This document shows positions 25,009-26,785 of a stretch of 26,785 bases of DNA, in pieces; the first letter of the stretch is position 1, and every line of letters starts with the position of its first letter. The notes beneath the pieces were generated by a model. That model saw only the letters and a program-made list of their open reading frames with translations, was not told the origin of the DNA and made no database searches. A program made the translations under genes and the position numbers. The stretch spans positions 1-26,785 of the forward strand of contig JABCTZ010000016.1 of assembly GCA_018238155.1 (NCBI GenBank), written 5' to 3'. This DNA is from Candidatus Heimdallarchaeota archaeon (GTDB taxonomy: Archaea; Asgardarchaeota; Heimdallarchaeia; JABLTI01).

Positions 25009-26785
25009 GTTTCAATACTCATAATTGAGCTTTAATCTTTGCATCTTGGTTTAAACCAAAAAAGTGTTGGACTTGTTTTTGTGAGTTTCAATACTCATAA
25101 TTGAGCTTTAATCTTTGCATCGAAACGGTTATGCAAATAGAGAATTGATTGAAAAGAAGTTTCAATACTCGTAAATGAGCTTTATTCTTTGCAATAATGT
25201 TTGCAGTAACAAAGTACTTTATCAAAATGATTCCGTTTCAATACTCGTAAATGAGCTTTATTCTTTGCAATTTTGAAACGCGATAAGTAACACTTAGACT
25301 TTTTTCGGTTTCAATACTCGTAAATGAGCTTTATTCTTTGCAATTTTCAAAACGATAATTAAAATCTGTTGAATAATGTTTTTGTTTCAATACTCGTAAA
25401 TGAGCTTTATTCTTTGCAATTTTAAGTGGAACTAAAACAGATAAAGAAAAAACACCAATAAGTTTCAATACTCGTAAATGAGCTTTATTCTTTGCAATCT
25501 GCAAAATATTGTTTGCTGTTGAATCCGGTTCAAGACTTGTTTCAATACTCGTAAATGAGCTTTATTTTTTGCAATTGCTATAAGTCTTGGAAATCAAGAA
25601 ATAGACTACACTTGGTTTCAATACTCGTAAATGAGCTTTATTCTTTGCAATTTTTATACTCAAAAAGATTTAGATTTAATAATTCAATGTTTGTTTCAAT
25701 ACTCGTAAATGAGCTTTATTCTTTGCAATTTCTCTTCGAGTGTAACGTGATAGGATCTCAGCGTTCAAGTTTCAATACTCGTAAATGAGCTTTATTCTTT
25801 GCAATAATAGTGCTAATTTAATTTGTGTAGGTGTAGGCGATTCTGTTTCAATACTCGTAAATGAGCTTTATTCTTTGCAATTTTTTTAATTATATTTTTG
25901 ACTAAAAAGGCAGGACTGCTCGTTTCAATACTCGTAAATGAGCTTTATTCTTTGCAATTTCAGTGCAGCCGATGATGTAACAGTAAATATTATTGACGAG
26001 TTTCAATACTCGTAAATGAGCTTTATTCTTTGCAATCGCCAATTTTTGCTGGTATGTGGTTAGTAGAAGGACCATGTTTCAATACTCGTAAATGAGCTTT
26101 ATTCTTTGCAATTTCACTTATCATGACTACACTAGAGAGAAATTAGTGTAGTTTCAATACTCGTAAATGAGCTTTATTCTTTGCAATCACGGAAAGGCAT
26201 TTAGAACAAAGAAAATTGGAACTAAAGTTTCAATACTCGTAAATGAGCTTTATTCTTTGCAATCTTTTATTCTACGGATCCATTGCTCTCTTAAAGTAGC
26301 ACCGTTTCAATACTCGTAAATGAGCTTTATTCTTTGCAATGTTTAAAGCAGGAGAATCTTGCAGAATTTCTGAGTACGCGTTTCAATACTCGTAAATGAG
26401 CTTTATTCTTTGCAATTTACTAAAGAAGCGTTTATTTCATTTTATTTTTCTTAAGTTTCAATACTCGTAAATGAGCTTTATTCTTTGCAATATTCTTCGA
26501 GCACAAACAGTGTCAACAGCAGGCGTTTTGTTTCAATACTCGTAAATGAGCTTTATTCTTTGCAATAAACATCAACACCATCAACCACCTGTTCAGGTTT
26601 CCAAAGTTTCAATACTCGTAAATGAGCTTTATTCTTTGCAATAAAGATATTGAAAAAGATGATAAAGAGTATCGAAGAGTTCGAGTTTCAATACTCGTAA
26701 ATGAGCTTTATTCTTTGCAATTCTAGTCATCTTCCCACCTCATTAAGCATAAAATCAGCGAGTTTCAATACTCGTAAATGAGCTT
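25009..26785 (-). CRISPR. CRISPR array: 37-bp repeat GTTTCAATACTCGTAAATGAGCTTTATTCTTTGCAAT (+ strand), 23 complete repeats plus 1 partial, 23 spacers of 36-42 bp; continues beyond the window
   Basis: Repeats start at 25009, 25085, 25159, 25235 ... 26685, 26762. The minus-strand repeat ends ATTGAAAC and variant repeats lie at the left end, so transcription is predicted right to left with the leader outside the window. Confidence 0.99.

Noticed and set aside
25555-25788. 77-aa ORF inside the array
   Set aside because: Chance read-through of repeats and spacers (repeated VSILVNELYSLQF).
25046-26761. Strict spacer strand bias (RNA targeting) or self-targeting within the window
   Set aside because: Some spacers read open on + and others (e.g. 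spacer 4) only on -, so there is no clear bias; no match to window sequence noticed by eye.

Overview
AT-rich archaeal DNA, most consistent with an Asgard (Heimdallarchaeia-like) genome. This taxonomy is inferred from BHB-intron tRNA, Rad51-like GEFRTGKT RadA, Cdc6/Orc1, MfnB and a WD40-PCI-RING protein. The left ~23.5 kb is mixed housekeeping and accessory sequence: tRNA-Phe(GAA) with two introns, msrB, M23 and M28 peptidases, a secreted PPC/Ig/caspase-domain protease, cyclophilin, a WD40-PCI-Zn-RING protein, a Cdc6/Orc1 paralog with variant Walker B, trxB, mfnB, an EMAP/tRNA-binding protein, radA with a long charged N-terminal extension, a receiver protein, HNH-like, methyltransferase, D-aminoacylase, DinB, AhpD/CMD, CocE/NonD, a TMEM185-like membrane protein and a PRC-barrel-like protein. 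Two pseudogenes missing from the ORF track are paralogs of other genes in the window. At the right end, one of these pseudogenes is truncated where an orphan 339-aa ORF begins. That ORF is followed after 64 bp by the trailer end of a CRISPR array (37-bp repeat, 23 full repeats plus 1 partial, running off the window). No recognisable cas gene is in the window. All family calls come from motif recognition by eye; no searches were run.
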